A stretch of DNA of 64,000 nucleotides from Malacoraja senta (taxonomy: Eukaryota), in contig CM075982.1 of the NCBI GenBank assembly GCA_038087875.1, positions 22,568,001 through 22,632,000 on the forward strand, given 5' to 3'. The position numbers were made by a program, and so were the translations under genes. Below the pieces are notes generated by a model, which worked only from the letters and a program-made list of their open reading frames with translations, had not been told where the DNA came from and made no database searches. Below are positions 37,851-50,400 of the stretch, piece by piece (positions within the stretch are counted from its first letter, which is position 1; each line of letters begins with the position of its first letter).

Positions 37851-40485
37851 CTGCATTTTGATTGTTCCATTCTCTCTAACCCAGGCTTGTTTCTAACATG
37901 CTGCAGTCCCCATTTTTTCCCAATTCTTCTGTGCCTTCACAGATGCTCCCTGACCTCTATTTTAGTGTTTGGATCTCCTTTCATATTCTGCTTTTGCATT
38001 TGTGTTTAATCCACTAGCCAACCAGTAGCTCACATGGCAAAACTAAAGTGAAGTGCCCGATTACCATACAAATATACAAAGTTCGGAAGATTTAAAAGCA
38101 AAATGAAGGTTATAGAGAAGGCAATTCCGGTCCAAATTTGATGTTAACAGGAATGGAGAGCTATCTCATTTCCATGAATATAAATGCCGAATAATTCTCA
38201 AACAGAATTCTTTCATAAATTGAGAATAATAGCTGAAAAAAATGATGGGAACATCTAGATCGTTATTCACTTGTCAGAGGGGTAGTTGTTGTTTTTTAAG
38301 TTCCCACCTTTCTTCTTTCAATTTAGATAATTATCAAAATTGAATTATTTTAATGAACTATATTTGAACAGTCTGACTTGTTCGATACCAATGTTGGTTT
38401 AGAGAACTGGAGATTGTTTTGGGTGAGACTGCAGAAACATTCCAGGAATTCCACATCCCTATGTGTGGAGGATAACGTCTGCATTTGGAATATGTTGAGA
38501 ATGAACAGTAACAAGAGCGACTTGGCTTTTTTCACATCAGCTATCAAACTTAGTCTCAAACTGTGTGGAATTTAGCTTTCTTCTATTGTTGTCTTTTATT
38601 TTTATGCAGTATAAATTAGATATATAATTCAAGCTTGCCTTAAGGCAAAAATAATATTGATATTCTGCAAAATTGGTGGTTTCATTGTTAAATGAAAGTC
38701 ACCAGTTTAATGCTGTGTTGTAATTCACATTAATATAAAGGAATTTTTTCTGAAGATAGGAAATTGTGCTGGAGTTTAGTCCTATTCCTGTTTTCTAAGT
38801 TCTTAAATTTGCCAAGTCGACTGCAGGCAGAAATTGGATTCTCCCATTTCCCATGTCAGAATTGTGGTGTCCCTAGCAGAACTGTGTGCACATTTGTCTT
38901 CAAACTACTGACCAAATTGCTTCAGTTCTCAGAAACTATATCTTGTTGCAACTCGAGTTGTTTGCAAGGCAGTAGCTTGGCTCGTGCCCATGGTTGGAAT
39001 ACCACAGCCATTGCAATGTTCTCAGCATCAGGCAGGCAGTGAAAGATGGATGATACAGTCTGCTCTCCTTCAATCCTTCAGACCAGATTGAGGAGCAGAG
39101 ACTGACTGGCTGCATTTGGAGCGGAGATGCTCACTACAGACATGGCAAAATACAAATCTTTCTTTATAAATCTTCTGTCTTTCCCTCGGATCTTCCTGGG
39201 CTGGGTCCAGGGTCAGTAATGACCTGCTGCCAATGAGAAAAGGATGGTGCCAGAACAAGCCTTTGTTCCAAGTTGGGAAAAGGTCATCCAGCATTCTTCA
39301 GAAATACTTATTCTGAGTTTAGAATGACTGGTGAGGCTGCTCCAGCAAGAGTGGGATTGGAGTCATATCTGTCAAAATATTGTCATGGGAATGCTTTGCC
39401 AATGTCCAAATAAAAAACCGTAGTCCTGTTGAACTGATTCTCCCTTATTTTGAGTGTATTATCTTTTGATGTGCACAGTCACAGCTTTTGATCTCCACAC
39501 CTCAAATCCTTTCTGTGCTTTCCATCATCAATTTAATCTCGATTTACTTGTTAGGAATACATCATGGGCATTTTTTTTTTGAAGTTGTACATTTCTAATT
39601 CTGTCTGAGGTGGGAACATTAAAACTATATGATAACAAGCAGTTCTATGCTTTGACACAGCTCTTAAGATTTTGCATTAGAGTAATTAACATTGAGAAGA
39701 TGATCCCACAGTTACATCCTCAAATATTTGGCATTTCTGAACCTTAATAATAAAAAAACCTGCTGGAACACAGACTATATGACAGAATCCTATATCAGGC
39801 AGTCAGCTTGTGAATTATTCTCAAATAACTGGACCATCAGTCTTTAATCCAATGAGGAATGTATTTCTCATCAATCTGTTAGATGTTTTTGTCAAAAACT
39901 AGACTTCAGGATATCAGTAATGTTTTTGGCATTTGGAGACTTCACTGTGATTTTGAAGAAAAAATTGTTTGCAGGGTGTGGACATGGCTGGCAATGACAG
40001 AAATGTATTTTCTCGAAAATAAGTATGTCTCCTGGACTATCGAGTCTCGTATAACTACATCCCTGTCTGACTTCACCCTTCCTGCTCTGCCTCCGAGCCA
40101 GTCTTGGTGACACAGAGTTGGCGGTTGCTTTTGCTTGTGTTAGCCAGCCACTGTATGCCAATATCTGTTTTTAAGGGTGCTTTAGTGAAATGAGATTGAA
40201 TGATCTTGGTCTACTTCCTTTTTCCAAATTTCCAGGCTGACTTGTCCTGAGCTTGCATCGTATGGAAATCCCAGCGTGACACTGCAGTTGGTGCTCGACT
40301 GAAGTTCAAGACTCTATAGTAGCTTGAAGGATATTTCACTCTACATCTATCCACTCATGCTCTGCAAAAATACCTAATCTCATTGAGATTATACATTACC
40401 TTGATGGTACAATGCTTGGATACATCGCCTTCCTAGAAAATACAATATCATATCTGTGCCAAACAGTGAGTTACTTCAGTCTGAT

Positions 40486-40620
40486 CAGTCTGAAGAAGGG
40501 TCTTGATCCAAAACAACATCCATTCCTTCTCTCCAAAGATGCTGCCTGTCCCACTGAGTTACTCCAGCATTTTGTGTCTATCTTCGATTTAAACCAGCGT
40601 CTGCAGTTCTTTCCTACACA
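40486..40620 (+). repeat. Penelope-associated terminal repeat
   Basis: cagtctgaagaagggtcttgatcc...gatgctgcctgtcccactgagttactccagcattttgtgtctatcttcg. Confidence 0.72.
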
Positions 40621-43600
40621 TCCTGCTCTACATGCCCTTGGGTTAGGGAGTTAAAAGCTGCACAGGCTTCCTAATCTCAAGGCAGTGCACCTTGGTGTAT
40701 GATGTCTGATTTGACTGAAGAATGGATTTGTTCCTGATGCCAGCATTGAAAATGCAGACTTGCAAATGAACCAAGGCTAATGATGCTGGTGTTCAAATGC
40801 ACCTACTGCAAACTCAAAATTTTTTGAAGAGAACTTCACACACTTTAAATTTAAAAAAAAAAAAAAACTGTTTGCCATCATTAATTATTGTAAGTCATTT
40901 AATTAAATCATATAGCAGCGATTGGAACAAGCTTGCATTAACCTACAGTAGATCTTTACGATATCATGAGGAAAATGTTTTTGTTATGTGACTAATATTT
41001 ATGCTGGACATCAAGGGAACCCAGTTTTGAAACTGTCATTGTTCATTATTAATTTTCATATTTGCAGGCAACTGGCTAATATCACTGTCCTGTTCTTGTA
41101 TGTGATGTTATAAAATTCTAGAGTCTCGAAACTAATAGTGTAATACAGGATAGGAACAAGCCATACAGCTCACCATATCCATACTAACCAAAATAATGTG
41201 TGAATTACTTGAGTTGATAACATGTTGCAACCCAGTGAAAACGTCATCTCATTTCTGAAGGCTACAGTCTATACACGAACACTCCAATGATACAATCAGC
41301 TGTGAAAGCTTGGAAGCATCGATTTTTGTTGTGATCAGTTTCCAAGTGATTGTCGTCCTCTTCTAACATTTAATTAAGAGTAGCATCTCTTTTTTGTAGA
41401 ATGCAATTATTACTCTGCCAAACCCAAATCTAATAATTTAGCATTGGCAAATGCTAAGTGGTGTGAAAATCAAACATAGTGTGGACAAGAATAACTGGAT
41501 TAGCCTCTGTCTGGAATTATCCTTGGCCCCTATTGGTAGTGTGTCTACCCACACCATTGAAGTCCAGGCACTCAGTTTAATACCCAAATTTCCTCCACCA
41601 CATGAGTAGTGGAAACTCATTCAGTGCACCCAGAATGAACAAAGCCAGGGAGCAAGTTGAACGACTCTTCATTTGCTGGAATTACATATGGTACTTGGGG
41701 TTTTCATCACTTTAGTGGAGCTTCCATCACTTGGAGTTTCCATACACTTAAAAAAGACCCTAAAATCGTGCCGGTTCCTCATTATCTTATGTGAAATATT
41801 TCTATAGTATGAGTGGGAATTTGCAGACTTTACATTTTCTGACATTACTACTGAGGCTTTTTTCATTCCTTATTTTCCCTTCAAGACGTGATGGTCCCAT
41901 GTAGCCAAATCGCTCTGTGTCACTGACGGTTGCAATTGATATGGTGAGGAAGGAAAACTACTGGGGCAAATTACAGGCATGGAGCCTTCATGACTTTGCG
42001 ACATCAGCTGGGTTACGCACTGACACAAGATCTGTTGAGAAGAGATTATTCTCTCTTACAAAAGCACACTGAGGTGCAACAACACTTGATTCCTTAAACT
42101 TTACAGTCTAAATGTGAACATCAACATGGGAATTTATCCCCTGATATAATTTTGTTTTATAATCCATATTTTCTAGTCCAGTGTTACATTCAAATATTTC
42201 TGCAAATTTTCCGTTCAGTGGTTTTGGATTAATTGTATTTTGTCCTATATTGGTTAACACACTGAAATATTTTATGCAGAAACCCCCTGACTCACCTCCA
42301 GTTGCTGGTCAAAAGCTAAATTTCCTTTTGAGAAAATAAAAGCTTCATTTTATATCATCTCCACTCCCACTCATCTCCTGGCGAGTGAACTGTTTGCAGA
42401 TTTAAAATAAAACCATTTACAAAATGAATTTACAGTGAGACCTTCTCAGGCAGAAGAGGATACAACACAATCATTTCTGTTTCCTGTACAATGGTTATCA
42501 GCATGAATAACTTTCAATATAAGCCTGCCCTAGTTATGTTCCTTCAGTTCCCTGACCTGAAAACTTGCAGAAGTGTTGATGGAATGTGCTCTGAATCTGA
42601 AAATAAAGATTGAAAAAAGAAATGTATGGAGCTGAGAAAATACTTCACAATTTCATAGTGTGCAAAAGCAGATTTACCATATTCCACAGACTCCTTGTGA
42701 TCAGAAGCTTGTCTCAAATTGAGAGAACATACCAAAAATGGGAAACCGTAAGCCTTCAGTGTCTGTGGAGTGGTTTTAAAATAAACTTCAATACTTGTTC
42801 TAATGTCTCAATGTTCCATAAATGACCTGCTCAGTTCCCCCAAGTTCAAAATATCCTCTATGCAATTATATGTTCTATGCAATTGAGTTACAGGCTGTAA
42901 TTCTTGTCGGTAGTCTATCCAATTTTGGTCAAACTAGCTTGCATTCTTTTGTCACCATTAAACGGCAGTGAGGAATGACATTAAACGCTGGCATTTGCCA
43001 AAATTGCTCACATTATGGTTGTTAAGAGTGTAGTATTTATGGACTAACATCCAGAGTTCTGGATCATTGGTCCAGAGACACGAGTGAATCTCACTGGGGA
43101 GCATAGGGAACATTGAATTCAAAGAGTTTTTTTTAAATCTAGAATTTAAAAAAAGCAATTAATCTTTGTAATGGCAGCCGTAAAACTACTATTCAAAAGT
43201 TCACCTGGTTTGTAAGAAAGCAGCTACTCTCCGGTCTGGCCAGAGTTATCGATTATGGATGACTTCTATCAGCTACCTCAATGGTGGTTAATAAATGGCC
43301 ATAATTTTGTCATTGACGTCCATATCCCAAGAATAAACAAATGTTGTTCTTGGACAAAAAAAAGCCAAGGGAAGAGCTGCTTGGGAAAACTTGGCAGAAT
43401 AGGTCGTTAGTGAACAAAATTCACAGATGTTTTCCAGGTTTCTTTTCCAGGCCATGCATTGCTGTTTACAGAACACCCAGAAACCAAGTTCGGCATTATC
43501 CAGTGTCGCTGTCGTCAAGACAGGACAGCGGTTCTGAGTTCAAGAGTTTTTTTGTCTTCAGTCAGGGTGTTTCCAGGATACCAGACTCGCCTCCAAGTCT

Positions 43601-44122
43601 TGGATTGAATGTGGTGTTTTACCAGGATAAAAGAACAGGATTTGAACTGCACTTTATTTCAAAGCAGATAACCTTTTGAGAATTGAAGCACTTTGCAGTC
43701 GTGAAATGTTTGTGTCGAGTGGTTTAACATTGATTATTGTAAAACGTAAGCATTTGGAATTGGCTGCGCAAGAGTGTATAAATCACGCATGCCGAAGTCC
43801 AATGTGTTTAATTTATTGTGTTATTGGAATATTGACTTGTGCATGGAACTTCAGAAGATTTAACAGCAGGTATAGGCAGTTGAAAGTAAATCATGCTTTC
43901 TGTAAGCACAAAATGAAATGTATGGCTGCTAAAGTGCTGTTACAGTTCTTAAAGGATTGAATTACCTTGAACACCCATTGAAAAAGAAAGAATTGATTTT
44001 CTTACTGTCACTGGGAGTTGGATTTCTCATGCTTTGTTCTGATGATTGCTCTGACTGAATGTGTGCTGTCCCACCCCCTTCCTCCCCCCATCCCTCCCCT
44101 GCCAACTCCTCCTGCTGCATAG

Positions 44123-44213
44123 ACTACCTCTGGAGATCATGACTGTCGTCTGTCAGTGTGAGGATATAGAAACCATTGAGGGGGTCCCTGTATATGTTAC
44201 AGGGGTGGCACAG
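44123..44213 (+). CDS. FLOT2: Flotillin-2 alternative exon 3A (91 nt, mutually exclusive with 3B)
   Basis: C-rich pyrimidine tract, then catAG|A CTA CCT CTG GAG ATC ATG...GTG GCA CAG|GTAACT. Translates (R)LPLEIMTVVCQCEDIETIEGVPVYVTGVAQ. Same length and phase as exon 3B, no stop codon. Confidence 0.9.
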
Positions 44214-45055
44214 GTAACTTGTTCTTAACCGTGTTGTATTTTCTTGCCTTGTTTTCTTGCCCCTCCTTCTCCCCATCCAACCTCCTTCCTTTCCTCTTCC
44301 CCCAAGCAGCAGCTGAATGTTGAGCTCTACTGCAGCACCTTCACCGCTTTATCCAAGTGGCATGGCCTGTAGCACTGTAGGTATCGCACCAAGGAAGCGG
44401 ATTGAACCCAACGAAGAGGCAATGGGCGAGCAAGAGGTGGGATGGATAGGTGGATTAAAACATTGCCTAAAAATATTTAATAGTGGGTGTGTGCTGAGTG
44501 CATTGCCACTTCCACATCTGAAATCCAAGAGTGTCTAACATCCCTCATGAACAACTATTGATTACAGATTACAATTCTCTAATGGACAGCTCAGAATTCA
44601 GAAGGTCTGCCACATATGAAATGCACTCACCGCAACAACAAACACAAATCCTTTCTGGAGAAAAGTTGCATCCCCCTGTGCTGAATTGTGGGGATTGTCT
44701 GGTATTAAGAATTATTGTTTACCTTAAATAATAAGCTATGCTGTTCAATATAATGACTCGTTCTTTGTGAAAAGTCACGTGCAATAGTCCACGGAATAAC
44801 ATGGTTGCTTTTGCAACTTTATCAGGAGTTATAACTACTCGGTCATCTATGCTCTGAATATCTCATGAGGTCAGTCTCTTGGGAATAATCTAATGGTTTT
44901 ACTTAAGCAGTTATTTTATTTAGATCAAGTTTATTTTGAGCTCCATACTGCACATCTGGTTGGGTTTAAAGATAAAAGGATTGGAAGACAAAGGAAGTGA
45001 GGCTTGAGGCCTGTCATGTGACCTGGAATTTGCGAGTGTTTTACGTTTTCCACAG

Positions 45056-45146
45056 GATTTCCCTTGAGATTATGACGCTTCAGCCCAAGTGTGAGGATGT
45101 AGAGACCGCAGAGGGGGTAGCACTAACTGTCACAGGGGTCGCTCAG
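45056..45146 (+). CDS. FLOT2: Flotillin-2 canonical exon 3B (91 nt)
   Basis: ttttccacAG|G ATT TCC CTT GAG...GTC GCT CAG|GTAAAT. Translates (R)ISLEIMTLQPKCEDVETAEGVALTVTGVAQ, almost identical to canonical vertebrate FLOT2. Confidence 0.97.
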
Positions 45147-46211
45147 GTAAATAACCCCACAATCCCCCAAAAATATGATTTCTAAAAAGAAACTCTTTGC
45201 AGCCTAAGCCTGTCAATAGGCATAATTAAAGCTTACTAATGCTTTTGCTTAACTTAACAAAACAGTAGGAGGTCACACAATCTGTAATTTGTATATGAAT
45301 AAAGTTCAAGGGTGGAAAATGTGTTTTAGAAGGGCCTGACTGTGAGAGCATTCAGGCTCATGGCCATTTAATCTGGACCCATTGTGTAAAGTATTGGAAT
45401 GTCATTTTTCTTGGCTGAGCTGAGTGGCTTCCATGAAAAGTATTGCTGAATCCCAAAAGCTCAGCATCAAAATTATATGCTTGTGGATGAACACACAATC
45501 TGATGTATGATGCAAAATCTTTCACACGGTTTTCCACCTTTGAATGTTGGTGGTGAGCTGATTGTTCACTTTGGAACCATGGGAACATTTTCTCTAACTT
45601 TGCAGGTTCTGATTATTTTTGTTGTTGTTGACATGTGTTTCTATTCTGCCTCACCTGGTTAAATGGAACTGCATGACCTTAAGATGAATGGCATTCTCCC
45701 TGGTTTGAGCCCATACATTGTGGGAAGTCGCAAGCATCCTGAGTTGTCTTGGTGTCTCATAATGGGGCATCAGCTTTATGGTACAACATGTGCCTGCATG
45801 CACCATAGCTATCTGTGGTTTCACTGGCCACACATTTTTGTCAATAAATGTGCAATATTGTTGGAGTATGTAACTATTAAGCACCATTGATTATTTTTTT
45901 TTTAAGTGTAGACAAGTCTGTTGGATTTACAAATGGAGTCATTGAGTACAAAGGTCTAGTTATGGTAAATTATAAATCATTGGTTGTGCTGCAGCTAGTG
46001 TATTTTGTTCAACAGAGCAGCATTGTGGCAGCTTCTGACGATAATGTAAGAATTTATTTACTATTCTTTAACCAACAATTGTGCCCAGGAATAGCATTTT
46101 ATGACAGTCAACTACAAAATTTCACACCTGAATTTTGCATTTTAATTGGCTCTCCCTAAACAATAATAACACTTAAATCTGGATAATTGACAGCTAAGCA
46201 TTTAAAATGAG

Positions 46212-46281
46212 GTTTCCCATTAAACATGAGGTTGTGGAGACTGCAGAGGATGTAGCATTAACTGTCATAGGGATTGCTTGG
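46212..46281 (+). pseudogene. Degenerate duplicate of FLOT2 exon 3B (probable pseudo-exon)
   Basis: 46228-46290 matches the 3' part of exon 3B plus its donor at 52/63 nt (EVVETAEDVALTVIGIAW|GTAAATAAC vs EDVETAEGVALTVTGVAQ|GTAAATAAC). Similarity continues about 30 nt into the intron. No polypyrimidine tract upstream. Confidence 0.8.
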
Positions 46282-46959
46282 GTAAATAACAAGCATATTC
46301 CCAGCAAAATAAGATTTTTTTTAGTTTGAGGAATTAAATTAGTTTTTCAGTGTGATTGTAGTCTATTGGTTGTGCCTTGGAACCCTTTCTACAATTATAT
46401 TTAATTTCCTGCAACAGAGCCAACAGATCAGGAACTGTTTGAGACAGATTGACAAGGCAGAGATAGAGCAATAACTTTCTACACAAGGTAAGCTGCAGAG
46501 AGATAAATGATTTACGTGAAGAAATGCGTTGGGAAAATAAATCTTGAGTGAACAAGCTCTTTTGGCACAGTGACCACATGAAAGATGGAGTAGTTTATTG
46601 GGGGGGGGGGGGACATTTTCAAAAGGAAATCAAGACTGCATAATGGGACATGAATGTTAATATAGAGAAGGTAAGGTGGTCATTTCAATATGACAGGATT
46701 GTATTTCTTTTGATGTCTAATGTATATGGAAGGACAATTTCCAATCTATGCTCCAGAGAAATTTCCCAAGTAGAGTTTTATTTATTTACATACATATGAT
46801 AAGAAAGAGAAACTGCAGCAGGAGAGGCTCAGTTGCCCCTCCCCTCTCCCCTGATTGTTAAGGTAGTGGTAGATCCAGGTGTGGCCTCAACACCCCTTTC
46901 CCATTCCAACGACTTGCAGTTCGAATGTCTGCCAATTTCTGTTTTGAATACAGAGGATT

Positions 46960-47470
46960 GATTTTGGTTTATCACTGTCATATGCACCAAGATACAATGG
47001 GGAAAATGTTGCATGCTTTCATGTCACATCATACCATACATGAGTACAAAAGGTAGTGCAAACAGAGAAATAAAACAGTGCAGAATATAGTGTTACGTAA
47101 CAGGGAAAATGCAAGTTAAAGCAATACAAGGGCGGCAACCTGGTAGATTGGAAAATTGGAAATACATTCGTAGCATATGAGACCTGTTCAAATGTCTGAT
47201 AACAGCGGGGAAGAAACTGTTCTTAAAATTGGTGGTTCGTGCTTTTAAGCTTTATCTTCTGCCTGATGGGAGAGGGGAGCAGAGAGATAACTTGAGGCCT
47301 GAGTGGACCTTTGTTATGCCAGCTGCTTTCCTGATGCAGCATGGTGTAGATGGAGTTGATAGGCGGGTGGTGGGGTGGAAGAAGCTGGTTTGCTTGGTGA
47401 GCTAGCTGGACTGTTCACAACTCTCTTCAATTTCTCATGGTCTTGGGCAAACAGTAGTTGCCATACCAGG
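46960..47470 (-). mobile_element. Rex1/Babar-like LINE 3' fragment
   Basis: ctgataacagcggggaagaaactgttctt is the reverse complement of the NSFFP motif; similar to 59700-59980. Confidence 0.55.
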
Positions 47471-50400
47471 CAACTGGGAAAATGCTGGAATCTATTAGAG
47501 TGCTGTGCTATGTTCTATGTTTGCTCTAAGCTGGATTGGCATATGATTTTCCAATATCCTATTTACTCTGAATAGATTCCAGCTTTTTGCAGTGATTTGG
47601 CGCTTTCCCCATTGTTAGGCAAACCGCTCTGTAGTTTTCAGCTTGTCTCCCTTCTTTCTTGAATAGTTTATTTGCAAGTTTCTGATCGTCTGGACTTTTG
47701 CAAAATTGAGGAGATTTCAGTAGGTTACAATCACGATCTCTATTCCTCTGGGGTTATTCCCTAGACAATGCTGGCCAGCAGATCCAATTAAATTGTTTGT
47801 CTTTTGGCCTCTTAATTGCCTGGCATCTTCTCTATCGATGGAGATTGTTTGGGTTCTTCCATCCCTGCTGTCTCTTGATTATCTATTATCATTGGGATGT
47901 ATTTCGTTTCTTTAACCATGAAAATGGATCCAAAATAATTATTAAGGATATCCGAAGACTCGCGATTCCCGATGCTGCAATTTTGAGCAAACCGCAAAAT
48001 GCTGGAGGAACTCAGTAGATCAGGCAGCATTCAGACTCTGAAGAAGGGTTCCATCCCACAACATTACCTGCCCGTTCCCTCCATAGATACCACCTGACCT
48101 GCTAAGTACCTACAGCACTTTGAATTTAGAATCTCTATTACTTTTTCTCATTATTAATCCACAATCTTGGCCTCCAAGGGACCACTGTGTACTTAAGCTG
48201 CTATCTTTTAGTATATCTACCGAATAACTTATTTTATGCTATTTGCTAATTTAATATCTTAATTTTCTCTCTTTTATCATTTTCAGGCATCCTTTGCCAG
48301 TTTATAAGTATTTCACAATCTTTGGCCTACTTCTATTCTTCACAACTATGTCTGGTTCTTCTATCAATTTACTCTCATCCTTCTTTAAATAGCCACACAG
48401 TACATTTTTTCTCTTAAGGGATTTTTTTGCTGGTAACTTCGTTTGCTGAAATTTCTAATGTGTCTCCTTAAGTGTCTGTCAATGTTCATGTAATACCTTC
48501 CATTTTAACTATTTCCCCAGTCCATTCCAGTCACTTCTCCTCATTACTCTGAAATTGCCTTTATTTAGGTTTAGGATACTTGTTTCAGACTGTTTCAAAC
48601 TCTAAAATTGAATTTAAAACACCTCCAAGGTAAGATCACTCATTCCAATGAAATTGTTTACTATGAGAGCATTAATTATTCCTGTCTTATTACACAACAC
48701 CACAACCAAAATAACTTGCTCCCTGGTTAGATAATTTCTCATTGCAGTGTTTTCACCCCACAAATGCTCAAACCACCCATCCCAAGCCAGTACCAAACAA
48801 TACTTGTTTAAATCCAGAGTTCAATGGTTTTAGGCACGAGGCAATGCTTACCAAGAGCCTACACATTAAGTCGTTATTCATGTGGGATAGGGATAACAAA
48901 AAAAAACACAGGCAATGACACGAAGGCTGCGATTGGACACAAGGCCAATTTTTCCATTGATGTAGCAACTTCTACTTGCATCTCAGTTTCAGCTGTTTAT
49001 AAACCTGCCCACGTTTCAGACCCTTTGCTGCTCCCAGCCCACATGCCTGACACCCCCTCGCCCAACATCCCTGACGCTGACCCAGGCCTTGTGAAGATAT
49101 GGATCTGTGGATGATAACCCAGCAGATATTGTAGTCTACGTGCACGATTATTTCTGGAGTCTTTTAAAATAGTGCAGCATAAGAGCATAATTCAATCTTA
49201 AAAAGATTCATGTGGGATCATTTTCCACTGTGGTGGATGTTTATGTTAAATTTTATTTTATGTGTGTATTATTTTCTTTTCACTTAGTATGGCTGTATGG
49301 TAACTCAAATTTCACTGTACCTTAGTTGGTTAAGTGACAATAAACGTGAACTTGAACTTGATCTCAATAGCAGAGATGTATGTTTACATTAGAATGGCAG
49401 TTCTGCTAAATAATTGTAAAAGACCAGTTTGACAACATGCAGAGTAATATTTCATAAGATCAGAAGAACATAAATGATAGCAGAATTAGGCCAATCGGCC
49501 CATCAAGTCTACTCCGCCATTCAATCATAGCTGATCTATCTCTCCCTCCTAACCTCATTTGTGGCTCACTTGTTACGATCTCACTTTCTAAATCCCAAAT
49601 TATGTTTGGGGAAACTTCGGAAACTAAAATTGGGTCCCATTTGAGAGACTCGAGTCCATAATCTTTATGGGATTGCAGAACAGAGGGTGGCAGTCTCATG
49701 AGTTGAGGATTACTTCCTTCCTCTGCAGTTTTCTCGGTTGTGAGGTGCTGAAATGTCCATTGCTGGATCTGCAGATTCTCCCCCAACGATGCTATGGGAG
49801 GATGGTTTGAATGTTGTGCCTACTGTGGTTTGTAGTTCATTATGTGCTCCCATTGTAGAGACTCACTGCTCATAGTTTTCCCTGATGCTAAAGAGCCACT
49901 TTAGATAGGCAAAGTTTTTGGATTCCCATGAGTCAGTGGGGATGCTACATTATTTCAATGAAATCTTGGCTTTCCTCTGTGGTCCTGAAAACCTTTTGGA
50001 ATGGTGAATCTCAGAATAGAGTGCTTGATTTTAAGAGTCTTGGTGTGAGACACGCGGGCAGTGATGCTGTTGGGCAGGCTACATCATTCATTTGCCAGAG
50101 ACCATTCTTCTGAATCAGGCACAATATCAGATAAATAGCAGGGGTGCTGGCTTTCCAAACTGCCCATCTATGCCACCAAAAACATATGGAAGTCCCCCAT
50201 TCCCCCCGTAACCTGATATTGGCTCTGCACGTTGTTTAACTAATAGAAATGGCAATTTATCCAAGGCTGAATTGGATTGAAAGGGAAAGAGATCAGCCAT
50301 GATTGAATGGTGGAGTAGACCAGATGGGCCAAATTGCCTAATTTTGCTCCTATGATTTAGAGACAGTGGATGGTTCAAGTTAGAAGGCAGGGAACTAGAG

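Noticed and set aside
39975-40117. Possible extra exon (ttgcag...gacacagag, ending like 'DTQR')
   Set aside because: No GT directly after the expected AG boundary and no similarity to exon 2 beyond a few bases.
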